A stretch of 64,000 nucleotides of DNA from Haliotis rubra (GCF_003918875.1 NW_025765014.1:124001-188000), one strand, 5' to 3'. Shown: positions 13,317-27,596, counted from the first letter of the stretch. The notes: a model not told the origin generated them from the letters alone. A program made the numbers and translations.

Positions 13317-15047
13317 TGTCAGTCACGATGATGCCTTTGGTGTATGCACAATTCATTCCTTCATCTGTTTCTCCTTAAAACCTTATTGTGTATTGGGTGG
13401 ATACACAGATCGTTACAAGTTAATTGTATCTTCAAGGTAAATAGATTGCTTACTGATTGTTTACACAATGTATTCCGGGATAGGCTTGTCCTAGAGACAA
13501 CAACATTGTGTATTGGGTGGTTTGACTGCCTATTCCTGGTCAAGTTGGTCCTAGGATTAGCATATTGTGTAACAGGTGTGTGGCAAGAGATTGGTCCTTT
13601 ATGAAGACTTTTTATTAACAAGGGACGACACTAGCTTTTGCTGGGTTATACAAAATGTTTGATTTTTAATGCATGTAGTTGCTGTGGATGTTGAAAAATG
13701 ATTGGTGTTTGAAAGAAAATATGGACAGATATTCACATTGCATTTTAGTGGATTTTGTTTTTGGAGCTAAAGAACGTTATATTTGCTTTGACTTCTATGT
13801 GACAAATCTGGTGACCAGTTTACCCTGAATGGACTCAGTGGACAGGATTAGATCATGTGCCCTTCTATACCTGAAGCTGTTCCTTCAGGGGATGGTTTTC
13901 TTAACATTTGGATCAGATTACAGGAGTTTGACAAGCTAAGAGGCTTAGGAAGTTTGATTATGTATGGTGTAATTGAAGAAATTGACTCCAGGTTTTCAGC
14001 TGAGACTGACATTTGTTCAATTCTGCTGTGTGACATTAAGTAACAGGTCATCGTCCTGTGAAACCTTCACATGGGTGAAACAAGATTCATGGGCCAATCA
14101 TTCACGGTCCAATCATTATCTTGAATGAGAGCTTTTAAAAATGTCTAAAGTCAAAATTTAGATTGATTTGCATTTTGAAGTAATTTTTAAGGCAATGTGA
14201 GTTAAGTTTGATGAAGCAGAATAAGAGCTACAGAGAAACGTTTTTCACGTGTGGCATCTTGAAACGGGATGTTTTGAATTATCGTTAGATGTATTGATTC
14301 AGAAGTTGTGTCAGTAAATTATCAGCTGAATGAGTAGCATAATCTAGTAACTCACAGAACTAAATTGGATGAAAATATTAGATTAGGGGTAGGATATTCA
14401 GTACAAGATATCGTCAGCTTATCAAGTATGAAGGTTGTTTTTTTCAACTGTTTCAGTTTCATTGAGGAAGGATACAAATTGATGTTTATTAAATATTTAA
14501 TTCAGTATTGGTAATATGAAATAATGATTGATTGTCAATGATGTTCAGACTGAATTTGTCATGTTGGGTCTGAGGACTAATGCATGGAGACAGTGATATA
14601 TGCAGGGTGTTATTTGTAGTGGAAAGTTAAAATAGACACAGTCAATGGGTTAAGCACATGTTTGGGAGTGTGTGAGGGTGCAGCTGCTGGATCTTAGAGT
14701 GGAGCCAGCTGGGGGCGGATGTAGGGAATATGGAGGAGGAGGAGGAGGAAGAGGCTGGGGAAGTGTTGCAGTAAGCAGGGGCGAATGGGGGAACAACCTA
14801 CAGTGATGCTCAAACACTTACACTTAGTCCCATAATAAAGTTATCTTATCAATATATGACGTTAGAAAGTCAGTGATGACATACAGTGCAGAAATGAAGC
14901 ACAACAAAGATCTATTATAGTCAGTCAGGTAACAGTGAACAAAAGGAAATAAATGTAGATGACGATTGAAAATGAATGACGACATACACACTGAAAAACA
15001 ATCTATTATAAGTCAGTCAGATAACAGTCATTTTCTGGTGGGCATGG

Positions 15048-15398
15048 TGAGGTGAGGTGATATTGGGTTTTACGTCGTACTTGAGAATATTTCGCTCATA
15101 TGACGACGTGCATGCATGTGTGTGAATGTGCGGCTGCTTGTACTAGCCCAGACTTAAGCTGGTTTTATAGTGCTAGCCCACTGAGATACCATGCCGCAGT
15201 GAAGCATGAATACCTCACTCAGACACATTATACTGACTCCGAGCCGACCAGTCCTTGTTGTACCCATTAATGCCGAGGGCCAGGCAGGGACCAACAAGTA
15301 CCATATTTTAACGTCTTTTGGTATGATGCGGTCGGGGATCGAACCCACGACCTTCCGCTCTCCGGGCGGACGCTCTAACCACTACACCACGGAGGTGG
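15048..15398 (-). mobile_element. tRNA-derived SINE family B (Meta/MESC-like central domain), full length
   Basis: On the minus strand: A-box tggtgtagtggt, B-box ggttcgatccc, central aaaatatggtacttgttggtccctgcctggccctcggcatt...gactggtcggctcggagtcagtataatgtgtc, and a (tcacc)n tail. 14-bp TSD tctggtgggcatgg. Domain naming is from recall. Confidence 0.88.
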
Positions 15399-18300
15399 TC
15401 TGGTGGGCATGGAATCATGTTTAAGATTAACTAAGGATAAATGCAACACTAAGCCAGGTTAGCTGCCCAGGTGACATGGAAACACTTGCAGTCTATTATA
15501 TGATGTTAACTACATGGGTGCACATGAATCTGTTACTTGAGATATTGTACAGGTATAAGTAGTTCAGGAGGTATAACCTAACAATTCAGAGTCTGCTGAC
15601 CCACAAGTAAATTTAATTAGTGTTTTGTGAGTTATTGGAGTTATCCTGGCTGGGTTTGTGGTCAGTAGCCAGCCACACAGTGAGATAAGGTGTAGAGAAG
15701 CTACAGGGGGTTTGTTGTAAGAAGAGTGTTGGCTCGTCTCAAGGACCCTTCAGATACATACAGATATGGTTACTGAGAGCGAATCTAGTCGGCTTGTTCA
15801 GATAGCAGTTGTTTAAGGGCACCAGCCTTCTACTTGATGGCTGTGGGTAGATAGATATGTGTGTGAGAGGAAGCTGCAGCATGCATGGGTGTTGTTTGAC
15901 TTGAACAAACACAAGTTAAGCTTCTTTGTGGAACATTTGCATGGAAGTTAACATGGCTGCTTACAAAATGTCATCACTTATGTTTATAATAAATGTTCTT
16001 TTTCTCAACTGTTTAACCTGTGGTTTTTTGGGTGACATTTGACACTGTATAAAGATGTGATGTTGGACAATTCAGCATGCTGTGCAACAGATTAAAGGAT
16101 CATGTGTGGCCACAAGGAGCTGCTGAGTCTGTAGGGTGCCTCATAGCTGCAGTGTGTGCAGAGGGAGGGGTGCCTGTTGGGGGTGGAAGGGTACCTGTCT
16201 GGGATGGGGGGATGATGACTAAATACATGACTTGTCTCCTTGTCAGGTAAGTGAGAAATTGATAGATACCTGTCACCTAATTGTTGGAGATTAGAAAGGC
16301 ACTTGGTTTACTCAGAACTGAGTAATGGGGAGAACCGAGTATTGGCTTACTGTAACTCAGGGAGGGCCATTAAAGATTGGCTGAACTAAACGGACAGTTT
16401 TTGGTTTACTGAATTAAGGGGAGGGGGTCTTGGTTTGATATAAGGGAAGAATTTTGGTTAACTAAGATGGAGAAGTGTTTTGCACACTGATACAATATTT
16501 TCACCTTTGAAGTATGAGTGGTACAAGTAGTGGGAAATATCACATGATTGTGATTGCAGTTATTGTATAGTCTTGATATAAGTCACTGGAAGACAACACT
16601 ATAACGTCATTAACAGATCTTGGACCAATATCAAAACTTTTCAGAAGTTGCACCTGTTTTTAAGATGATATATTCAGTTATTGTTTTAAATAATTGTTAT
16701 GATTCATATATAGATTCCCTTTTGAAAAGTTCATACTTCTATTACAACTTGGGATGACATCCGCTTATGACCTTTCATATTTTGGAAGTTTGATGACTCA
16801 TTTGACTTTGACTGTGTCAGTGGCCCACTTCACAGTGGTTCCCACTACGATGCTGGTCAAGGATGGAAAACATTACAATTATGGATTTTCCGGTACAGAT
16901 CCGATACAGGGATATAATTCCTATTGTCAAAGAGTGAATTTATTGTGTTGGAATATGCATCACTGATCGAACCTGTTCCGTCTGTGTTGTCCCAGTGGGT
17001 GTAATATATAGCACCAGACCTTGTTCCACGAAGCAGCCCTGTGTTGTGACTGCCGGAAGTTTAGGTTAAAGTATGGGATGTACAATAGTCATAGCAACGA
17101 TCGCTTTGTGAATTGAGCCCCTGGTCAAATAAATTAGTCAGGTCGACAGGCATCGACTTCATTGATAGCCACCCATGAGTGGAAGTGTGGCGAGATGATT
17201 CTTGTACACGGATCACACACACATTACACCACTAGCAACTGGTGAACCAACAACAACAGAATGTTCCTGATCAATAAAGATGGAGGGAGACTCCATGGCT
17301 AGCTCTACCGCATGCCGTCCATCAGCCAGCTTTACTGTTGATTCTCCCATCCCTGAGTCATCCAGGGTAAGCCTGCGTAGTGATGTATAGTGGCATCAGG
17401 GAGGGGATTCGTGCCCGACCAGGGTGGGGAGACAGAGCCGTGCAGCCCACACCCAGGGGGTAACAGAGTAGAGGAGCTTTATGCATGGCTGACTGACATC
17501 CAGGTTGGGTACTCCACACCACCGTGTGTCTACTGTGCTGAATGGATCTTATTATAGTCGCCTGATGGACTGCTATGATGTGAATGGATGTACTGTGGTA
17601 TAGATGTCCGTTGTTCACAATGTAGGTGTTGGTGAATACGGTGGAATGTTGCCAGGAATATATCGGCATAAACAATGCGACGGGGTCCAGGTATTGATGT
17701 GTTGTGTGATGATCATCTGTGTTATAGTGATGTGTAATGTGTAGGACTTGACTGTTTGTTGATGTAGTGAGACGCCTGGTATCTAACTGCTGCATTGTGA
17801 GCTGTCGCTGGTCAGCGTCTAAGGCTGTCTATTAATATGTAAAACTGGTGCCTATTGTTTACTTCCAGGAATTTGTAATGGCTCTTTCAACCCACAATGG
17901 CCAGCTGGGGTCTGAGTGTCTGATCCATGTGGAGGAGTTGATGGTTTGCACCATGGAATTTTAATGACCCTCCAGTATTAATGGCTAGCAGAGAGGCATG
18001 TCATCAAATCGGCTCTCTGGGCAGATTTACATGTAGGAAGGTGCAGGTCACAGGCATGGAATTTTAATGACCCTTTGATCACTGACTACTAGTTGAGCCT
18101 GCTAGATTGCCAAATAGCCATGATTTCTGCTGACAGTGTATGATTAATGAGGGTGTAATATATTGCACTGGACAGCTACTGTTCTAGCAGTTGGACATTA
18201 CTATTTACATGGCCTAAGACTTCTCTGTGTAAATTATCTCCTCAACCTGATTTCTGTGTAATTGACAAGTCATTAATTTTTATATTGAATTCAGTAATAA

Positions 18301-19929
18301 TCAACTTCATAAGGGAGAGAACTCTTCTCTGCATAATAGTAGAGACTTTAGATTATGCATGCCCAATAAGTCAATCTGAAACGTGTGTGTGTCTGATTGA
18401 GCAGTCCATTTAAATATTCTGTGAGTCATTAAACAAATACATCTTTGTGTTTCTCATTATGAAACCGAGTCGACTTGCCCCAGTAGTTGTAAATGTCAGT
18501 CTCCCTCAGACTGTGGTGTCAGTTGTATCTTACAGCCTCCCCATCACTGGCAACATCAATACTTGGGTCCCCACAGTGTACAGCTTTACTGTCAGTACAT
18601 ACTCAGGGTTTAACTGGAACCTAAATATTGTGGATGGATTATTATGAATTATGAATTGAGATTTGCATGCAAATATTTTTAGCTGAGACTCTGCAGAAAA
18701 GTATAGATGTTTGAGTCATTAATTATATCCATAATGTCACAGATTGTATGATCTGTATTTCATTAAGTGACGTCAATCAAATAGTGTTACATGTATAACA
18801 CACTGCTGAGCATGTGCCATTATAACTGTCATGGACATCAAATGAAGTGTTCCATGGGCTGAAATTTCGAGCCCCCCATGTTCAATTCTTGGACCCAAGA
18901 ATTAATCAATTGGACCCCCTGTGACTCATTTATAGATAAACCCCAACAAGCCCCTACCTACATTGAAGTCTTGAGGTTACTGAATATATTTGTCAGCAGC
19001 ACTCTGTGGTTCATGTCTTAGGAGGCAACTCAAGTGGTTAGGTGGTCAAACTTTGTACCTTGAAGAGGTAGAAATTAACGGAGAAAATCTATTAGTAAAT
19101 ACATATTGGAGTACACTGAAAATGTTTGAAATTTTAGTAGACCCTAGGATACCTGTAACATGAATAAGTGGGTGACAGTCTAATATGCATGTATACATCT
19201 CTGTCCCTGGTCTTGACTGCTTGTCATGAGACTGACAATGGATTGATGCTCATGCTCTCACTCACTGGTTCTTCCTGGTCTAGATTCAGTAAGATACAGG
19301 CAGCATGGTGCAGATGGATCATTGCTGACAACAGGTCCTGGATGAAGTTTGTTTTATGGTACAGCAGCTGGCTGACTGTATGTTGATGTTGCTACAACAA
19401 GAATGACAAATATGGATATACCGAAACACTGACATGAAACATTGTGCAACAATAGAGTACCTGGGTGGCACAGTGATGAAAATAATGGCAGTGGTCACCA
19501 TGATGCAAATGGTTCAGGTCACCATGACATTTGTTCTGTTTTTGTTGAATTAGAAAGTCCAGTGTTTCACGTGTTTCTGTTGTTCATCATTTGATGTTGG
19601 TATGATTGTGTTACACAAACAAAAGGTGCATTGTTTCTTTAGGTGAGGGACATTCCAGGAAGTTAAGGCCATAAGAAATGAAGGACAGAGTGTTGTAAAC
19701 ACTCCACGGTTCATGAGGATCAGCCCTAATTTGTCTCACTAACCATCTCTCAGAATGGATACACAAGACTGTCTAGTCACCGTCATCAATGTCTAAATTC
19801 CTCCAGGACTATTGTCTGGGTCAGGTGTCCAGCTCTGTGTAACCTGGTCAGGTGTCCAGAAATGTGTGAGTGAGTGAGTGCCTTTTAGAACAATATTCAA
19901 TCTATTCAATTCTCCATACAGAGTAGCAC

Positions 19930-20085
19930 GAGTATGGTTTTACGCCGCTTTTAGCAATATTCCAGCAATATCACAGCACGGGACACCAGAAATGGACCTA
20001 TCACATTGTACCCATGTAGGGAATCAAACCTGGGTGTTCGGCGTGACAAGCGAATGCTTTAACCTCTGGGCTACCCAACCACCCC
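19930..20085 (-). mobile_element. SINE family A (reverse orientation)
   Basis: Reverse complement of the family A head and body; a detached gagt-repeat tail lies at ~19867-19880. Confidence 0.88.
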
Positions 20086-20094
20086 TAAACTTTG

Positions 20095-21212
20095 AAGCTG
20101 ATCAGGTGTCCAGTACTGTGTGAACCTTGTTAGGTGTCAACCACAGTGTGAAGCTGGTTAGGTGTCAACCACAGTGTGAAGCTGGTTAGGTGTCAACCAC
20201 AGTGTGAAGCTGGTTAGGTGTCAACCACAGTGTGAAGCTGGTTAGGTGTCAACCACAGTGTGAAGCTGGTTAGGTGTCGACCACAGTGTGAAGCTGGTTA
20301 GGTGTAATGGAGCCACACAGTGTGAAGCTGGTTAGGTGTCGACCACAGTGTGAAGCTGGTTAGGTGTCCACCACAGTGTGAAGCTGGTTAGGTGTCGACC
20401 ACAGTGTGAAGCTGGTTAGGTGTTGACCACAGTGTGAAGCTGGCTAGGTGTCGACCACAGTGTGAAGCTGGTTAGGTGTCAACCACTGTGTGAAGCTGGT
20501 TAGGTGTCAACCACAGTGTGAAGCTGGTTAGGTGTCGACCACAGTGTGAAGCTGCTGTGTGTGAAGCTGGTTAGATGTCGACCACAGTGTGAAGCTGGTT
20601 AGGTGTCAACCACAGTGTGAAGCTGGTTAGGTGTCAACCACAGTGTGAAGCTGGTTAGGTGTCAACCACAGTGTGAAGCTGGTTAGGTGTCAACCACAGT
20701 GTGAAGCTGGTTACACGGGTGTGAAGCTGGCCTCGTGTCGCACCACAGTGTGAAGCTGGTTAGGTGTTGACCACTGTGTGAAGCTGGTTAGGTGTCAACC
20801 ACAGTGTGAAGCTGGTTAGGTGTCGACCACAGTGTGAAGCTGGTTAGGTGTTGACCACAGTGTGAAGCTGGTTAGGTGTCAACCACAGTGTGAAGCTGGT
20901 TAGGTGTTGACCACAGTGTGAAGCTGGTTAGGTGTCGACCACAGTGTGAAGCTGGTTAGGTGTCCAGTACTGTGTGAACCTTGTTAGGTGTGAACCACAG
21001 TGTGAAGCTGGTTAGGTGTCGACCACAGTGTGAAGCTGGTTTGTCGACCACAGTGTGAAGCTGGTTAGGTGTCAACCACTGTGTGAAGCTTGTTAGGTGT
21101 CAACCACTGTGTGAAGCTGGTTAGGTGTCGGTCACAGTGTGAAGCTGGTTAGATGTCGACCACAGTGTGAAGCTGCTTAGGTGTCAACCACTGTGTGAAG
21201 CTGGTTAGGTGC
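20095..21212 (+). repeat. 28-bp minisatellite (~40 copies)
   Basis: Unit aaccacagtgtgaagctggttaggtgtc. Confidence 0.97.
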
Positions 21213-22098
21213 AGTGATTAAGACAGTGTGGCTTCAACACATTACAGAGTTTAGCTACTGCCCACTTCATCTGTCAGACTGGTGAATGGCTGGCACATCA
21301 AGGTGTCTCTCGGGACGAGGCTTCATTAACATGGGGGGAACTCTTGGCTGTTATTGTAATTATTGTTAGCAGAAAGCTGAGGGAATTGTTGCAAGATTTA
21401 ATAGCTTGTACTACAGACTATAAGTGTTACTTAAAACAGTGACTTAGGACAAGATCATAACATTATTAAGGACACGATTGAACAAGTTGCCAACTTTTTC
21501 CATCAGCAAGATTATAAAAAGTTACCATGGACCAGATAATATAAATTACTATGACAAGATTATCAACTTACTAACAAAATTATCAGGCTACTAACAAAAA
21601 GATTATACAGGTTACTCATGACCAGATTGTACATTAATTATTGTTACCAGCAACATGAGTGTGTAGGTGACTAATGACATATTTACCCAGTTCTAGGTGT
21701 GTCAAATATTTCTGGATTTAGTAAACAGTATCACAAGTCATATTTCATTGCTCGTTAAGTCATTATGTATTCCAGACAAATGAGGGTATAGGTAGGGAAT
21801 GGAAGGAGAATTTATGCAGGGTTTCAACAAGGATGTGTGATTCATTTAATGATTGCCATGCAGTTCCCTCATTCACAAGCAGCAGATGCCCTCACAGACA
21901 CGCGCCAGATACAGACGAGATGGCCCAGCCGCTCAGCCTGGTTCCTCAGCTGGCATGTCTGTGCTGCTGGTACTGGAGGTATGAGGAACTAGCAGATCAG
22001 CTGACACAAGTATGTGCTGGAATACCGTCTCCTGGTGAAATACATGCCTCTGACAATCCATGGTGTGAACAAATTACTGATTGTGTAATGGAACTGCT

Positions 22099-23010
22099 CT
22101 AGACTTGATGCTGGTCTTGTAGTGATATCCTGTGTTTTGTTGATGGTATGTACCTAGACTTGATGCTGGTCTTGTAGTGATATCCTGTGTTTTGTTGATG
22201 GTATGTACCTAGACTTGATGCTGGTCTTGTAGTGATATCCTGTGTTTTGTTGATGGTATGTACCTAGACTTGATGGTATGTACCTAGACTTGATTCTGGT
22301 CTTGTAGTGATATCCTGTGTTTTGTTGATGGTATGTACCTAGACTTGATGCTGGTCTTGTAGTGATATCCTGTGTTTTGTTGATGGTATGTACCTAGACT
22401 TGATGCTGGTCTTGTAGTGATATCCCCTGTTTTCTTGATGGTATGTTTGTTGATGTCTTGTAGTGATATCCTGTGTTTTGTTGATGGTATGTACCTAGAC
22501 TTGATGCTGGTCTTGTAGTGATATCCTGTGTTTTGTTGATGGTATGTACCTAGACTTGATGCAGGTCTTGTAGTGATATCCTGTGTTTTGTTGATGGTAT
22601 GTGATATCCTTGTAGTGATATGTGTTTTGTTGATGGTATGTACCTAGACTTGATGCTGGTCTGGATATCAGTGTTTTGTTGAGTGATATCTGGTCTTGGA
22701 GTGATATGTTTTGTTGATGGTATGTATCTAGACTTGATGCTGGTCTTGTAGTGATATCTTGTAGTGATGTGTTTTGTTGATGGTATGTACCCTAGACTTG
22801 GTACAGGTCTTGGAGTGAATATGTTTGTTGATGGTATGTACCTAGACTTGATGCAGGTTTGTAGTGATATCCAGTGTTTTGTTGATGGCATGACCTAGAC
22901 TTGATCAGGTCTGTAGTGATGGGTTTTGATGGTATGTATCTAGACTTGATGCTGGTCTTGTAGTGATATCCAGTGTTTTGTTGATGCCTAGACTTGGTAC
23001 AGGTCTTGGA
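22099..23010 (+). repeat. 55-bp minisatellite (~16 copies)
   Basis: Unit ctagacttgatgctggtcttgtagtgatatcctgtgttttgttgatggtatgtac. Confidence 0.96.
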
Positions 23011-23295
23011 GAGAAATGTAGTGCTTCGGTACTAGACACATCAGTCTAGATGCGTATCATGTATGTATCATGTATCATGTGCTGGTGGTACATGTCCAGA
23101 CTAGATGCCAGGATGGACTGTTGTTACACCAGGTCTCTGTGTTTATCTGTGAATGTTTTGACTACACCTTTCTTACCTTTATCTGGCATACTCCCTGGGT
23201 GTGTGGAGATCTGATTGTGTATAATGATGATCTCGGAGGAGGAATGTAGAGGTCTCAACATTCACTTCTATGATACCTGACATGATGACATGGTA

Positions 23296-23430
23296 GGGTT
23301 CTGGTAGCCAAGTGGTTAAGTCTTTGTCATCACTCTGAAAACAGGTTCTATTTCCACATAGGTACACTGTGTGTGAAGTTTCCCTTGTCATTGGCCATCT
23401 TATTTTCTGGAGTATTTCTAAAAGCAAATA
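23296..23430 (+). mobile_element. Degenerate SINE family A
   Basis: ggtagccaagtggttaag...ttccacataggtacactgtgtgtgaag...ctggagtatttctaaaagc. Confidence 0.6.
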
Positions 23431-23603
23431 CAATATACATGGGAGCCACAGATTACCCCGCAGTTTAACCGAATCCGCGGTAACGCGAAGAGCGTTATTG
23501 CAAGGGATGACTGTACTTACTCACTTACTCTCAGGACCTGATAATGGTTTAAAGCAGAGCCATGTTGTGTTCACCTTGACAGGGTGCAGAGGTTCCTGTT
23601 GGT

Positions 23604-23845
23604 CAGGGGTGGAAATAACCCATTGCCCGACGCCCAAGTCCAGTGTTTTTTTCTGTCTGGCAAGCAAATTTGTATATCACACCTGTACCGGTGTCCAGTT
23701 GATATTCCAATGTTAATTATGTTGTTTATTTTTAAAAATCAACAAGAAAACGGTCTGTATAATGGAAAAATTATTAGGGCAAGTGATTTTACATGTGCCA
23801 CTGTACCGGAGTACACTAGCAATTTTAAAGTTATTTCCACCCCTG
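23604..23845. mobile_element. hAT-like MITE
   Basis: Perfect 16-bp TIR caggggtggaaataac / gttatttccacccctg, ttggt repeated on both flanks, no ORF. Confidence 0.8.
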
Positions 23846-24847
23846 TTGGTGCTGATGACTCAGACAATATGCAGGAGGTACTGAGTTTTATGCCATCTGA
23901 TATGTTGTAGTGTTTCATCAACAGCACAGTCCACCATCCTGGTTATAAAACTGACATATCCACTAAATATAATTAGGTTCTGCTCCCCCACTACCTTGTG
24001 TTTACAGTGAATTGATCTGTGAGAGCTGAACTGAGAAGGGTAAACAATTGTCGGTCTACAGAGGCAGGCCAGCCTATCTCAGTGTAGAGGAAGATGTCAG
24101 TTGTGCTGTTGCTCCACTTAATCCAGTGCTCGATGATCGATTGCCTGTAGTTCCAAGCCAAGAAATGAATTCTTGCTCTTCTTTACTTTTCTTGTTTTGG
24201 TTGGGGATGGTAATATAGTGTATGACACGTACAGAGAGTCATATTGTATGACACGTACAGAGAGGCATGATGAGTCTCGGGTCATTGTCATGATGATAGT
24301 AAGATAGTGTATGACACGTACAGAGAGTCATATTAGGCATGAAAGTCTCGGGTCATTGTCATGATCCTGATGTTGAATGTTGAACTTGAGGTGGTCCCCA
24401 GATTCCAATCAGATTTATGTGGTGTTATGGTTATGCCAGCCGTAATAGTTGTCACTGTGGTTGGGGACACATTATGCTTTGAAAATCGATACAAAATGAG
24501 CATGATTAATGAATGAATTGATAGAGTTTGGTGCACCCTATTGTGTGTCAACAGCTGCACGTATGTGATGTATTACTCTAGTGACTGGAACACTCTCATA
24601 TCTCTACCAGACCACTGAGAATATGCTGAAAACATTTATTCCTTCTCAAGTATAGAAACATGAGGCAAGTCTGTATTGCCTCAGCTATTTAGGAGAATTG
24701 TGACTTTTGTTTGATGTTAGTTTGAAGATAATATATTTTCAAAAATAAACTTTATTTCTGTGACCCTTACAACATATAATATTTTAGGTAAAGGCAATCT
24801 CATGTTCAGTGCTTGTATTGCTGAAACTAGAATGTGTCTAAAGTATG

Positions 24848-25853
24848 TGACTGATGTGTCGAGTATATCCTGACTGATATGTCTGGTATATCCTGACTGA
24901 TGTGTCGAGTATATCCTGACTGATATGTCTGGTATATCCTGACTGATGTGTCGAGTATATCCTGACTGATGTGTCGAGTATATCCTGACTGATGTGTCGA
25001 GTATATCCTGACTGATATGTCTAGTATATCCTGACTGATATGTCTAGTATATCCTGACTGATATGTCTAGCATATCCTGACTGATATGTCTAGTATATCC
25101 TGACTGATATGTCTAGTATATCCTGACTGATATGTCTAGATATGTCTGTCTAGTATATCCTGACTGATATGTCTAGTATATCCTGACTGATATGTCTAGT
25201 ATATCCTGATATGATATATCCTGAGTATATCCTGACTGATGATATCCTGACTGTGTCTAGTATATCCTGACTGATAGATATGTCTGTATATCCTGATATC
25301 AGTATATCCTGACTGATGTGTCTAGTATATCCTGACTGATATGTCTAGTATATCCTGACTGATATGTCTAGCATATCCTGACTGATATGTCTAGTATATC
25401 CTGACTGATATGTCTAGTATATCCTGACTGATATGTCTAGTATATCCTGACTGATATGTCTAGCATATCCTGACTGATATGTCTAGTATATCCTGACTGA
25501 TGTGTCTAGTATATCCTGACTGATATGTCTAGTATATCCTGACTGATAGTATATCCTGACTGATATGTCTAGTATATCCTGACTGATATGTCTAGTATAT
25601 CCTGACTGATATGTCTAGTATATCCTGACTGATGTGTCTAGTATATGTCTGACTGATATGTCTAGTATATCCTCTATATCCTGACTGAAGTGTCTAGTAT
25701 ATCCTGACTGTATATCCTGACTGATATGTCTAGTATATCCTGTTGTCTAGTATAGTATATCCTGACTGATGTCCAGTGTCTAGTATATCCTGTTGTCTAG
25801 TATATCCTGACATGTCTAGCATATCCTGACTGGGGACCATATCCTGACTGATA
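24848..25853 (+). repeat. 23-bp minisatellite (~43 copies)
   Basis: Unit ctagtatatcctgactgatatgt. Confidence 0.97.
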
Positions 25854-26755
25854 CTACCTCGCCAGTACAGTTCTTGACCTCTCCTAATATTGCATCTGAA
25901 GTCAGATCCACTGATGTGTGGGTTATGCTGACTGACCGGGGTGTACAGTTCTTCCTCTCCTTGCATCTGAAGCTGAGAGTTTCTATCAGGCCGGAGATAT
26001 GACAATATTGAAATGACCTTGTGAGGAGCAGATTAATTGAGCTTGTTGAGTGTTGAGAAGAAATCCATTATTGCTACTTGTGTCAGTTCTGCGTGTCTAG
26101 TTCACTCCTCTGACACATTGGCCTGGCCAATCATATGTAGCTAGTGTAAAGAGCATAGTTTGTAATGGTGGTGCTGATTGTGAAAAAACAATCCTTGTTT
26201 CTTAAGGAGTGAAAGGTTTGTTTCTATTAAGATGTGTCATTTTGTTTTTTGCTGTTTAGTTGGCAGATGTCTGGAATGTCATTGTGTATATGAAGTAGTT
26301 TAATGGTCATGCCAGTTTAAATAAACTGATAAAGTGAACTGTAAGAAATATAATAGTTTTTCAGTAAGTAAAATGCCAGCATCAGTCATTACATTAATGA
26401 CCCATTAATCATAGTATGAAAGTAATAGTGTCCCTGTATGAGATCACCTAACATCAGCTCAAGTGAATTAGGTGTGTCTCCATGTCCAATCACCTTCCAA
26501 CTGACATCAGAATCTCAGTATCAGATCACCCTCACACTAATGAAAGGTGCATGTGTGCGTGTGGGTTTTTTGCCTTGTGGTCTGAGGCATCATTGTTCGC
26601 AGGGGAGAGTTGTGTCCCTTGGAGACACCAGAAACCAGTGATCACAGGGTTGAAGCCTGGTTCATGCTGGTCTAAGACCTGCAACACTCCATTCTTAGCT
26701 GACATGATGTGATGTATAACTGGGAGACGATTCAAAGGTTCTAAACCCAGCTCAT

Positions 26756-27148
26756 TAGTAGCTGCAACGATTCATCGAAAATCGAATCTGACACCTTAGT
26801 TTCGATTTTCGATAACCATTATCACTATTTCGAATCAATATTTGAATACCTATTTAAATTATTTCCACACAGCCAGAATGTAATTTTGACTCCAACTGGA
26901 GCAGTTTCAAGTGTTAAAATAGGGCAAAACGTGATTGGTGGACGCCAAGCAAATTATCCAATGAGAATTGTTGTTAGCAGACAACGCTAAGTTGACGATG
27001 GATTTCATGCTCTAAAAGCTGAATTGGAGAGTTAAATGAAATCTGATGTTTTTACATGTATGAAGAATTGAATCGAAAATGATTGATTCGAGGGTCCAAT
27101 ATCGAAACTTGGATCGAATCAAGGTCTGGTTGAATCGTTGCAGCCCTA
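26756..27148. mobile_element. hAT-like non-autonomous element
   Basis: TIR core gctgcaacgattca / tgaatcgttgcagcccta, subterminal atcga/tcgat repeats, and an imperfect 8-bp TSD (cagctcat / caactcac). Confidence 0.75.
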
Positions 27149-27596
27149 CAACTCACTCACTCATAATCAGTTAACATGTTACTAGTAACTCAGGAATCTT
27201 GGTATGGGTTCATCTTCTCAGCTGGCCAGTGTGTCTGTGATGGACATTAGTGATGTAATCAGGCCCTCAGTCATGTCCACTCTGTAATGGTCCACTGCCT
27301 CAGCTGGACCTCCAGGTCTGTGCTCGACTGGTCACTGACTGGTCAAGGTAGACAGCCAGGACTGCCCACTTAGTCAGGCCAGCTTGCTGTTATATCAGAA
27401 TACCTTCTAATCAGACCCAGAATATCCAGACAGTTCCTATATTCCTTACATGTATTTGGGATATGAAGATTTGTTTCATTTGATGAAGTGAACTTCTTGG
27501 TTCTGTTCTGTTGTTTAATTAGATATCATATAAGAATTTTACAGAATATCAATTACTTATCTTTCAGAGATTAAAGATTAGTCTTTAGCCACAATA

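Noticed and set aside
20095-21212. Regular ~28-bp repeats as a CRISPR array
   Set aside because: Units are head-to-tail with no unique spacers, there are no cas genes, and the context is a eukaryotic intron.
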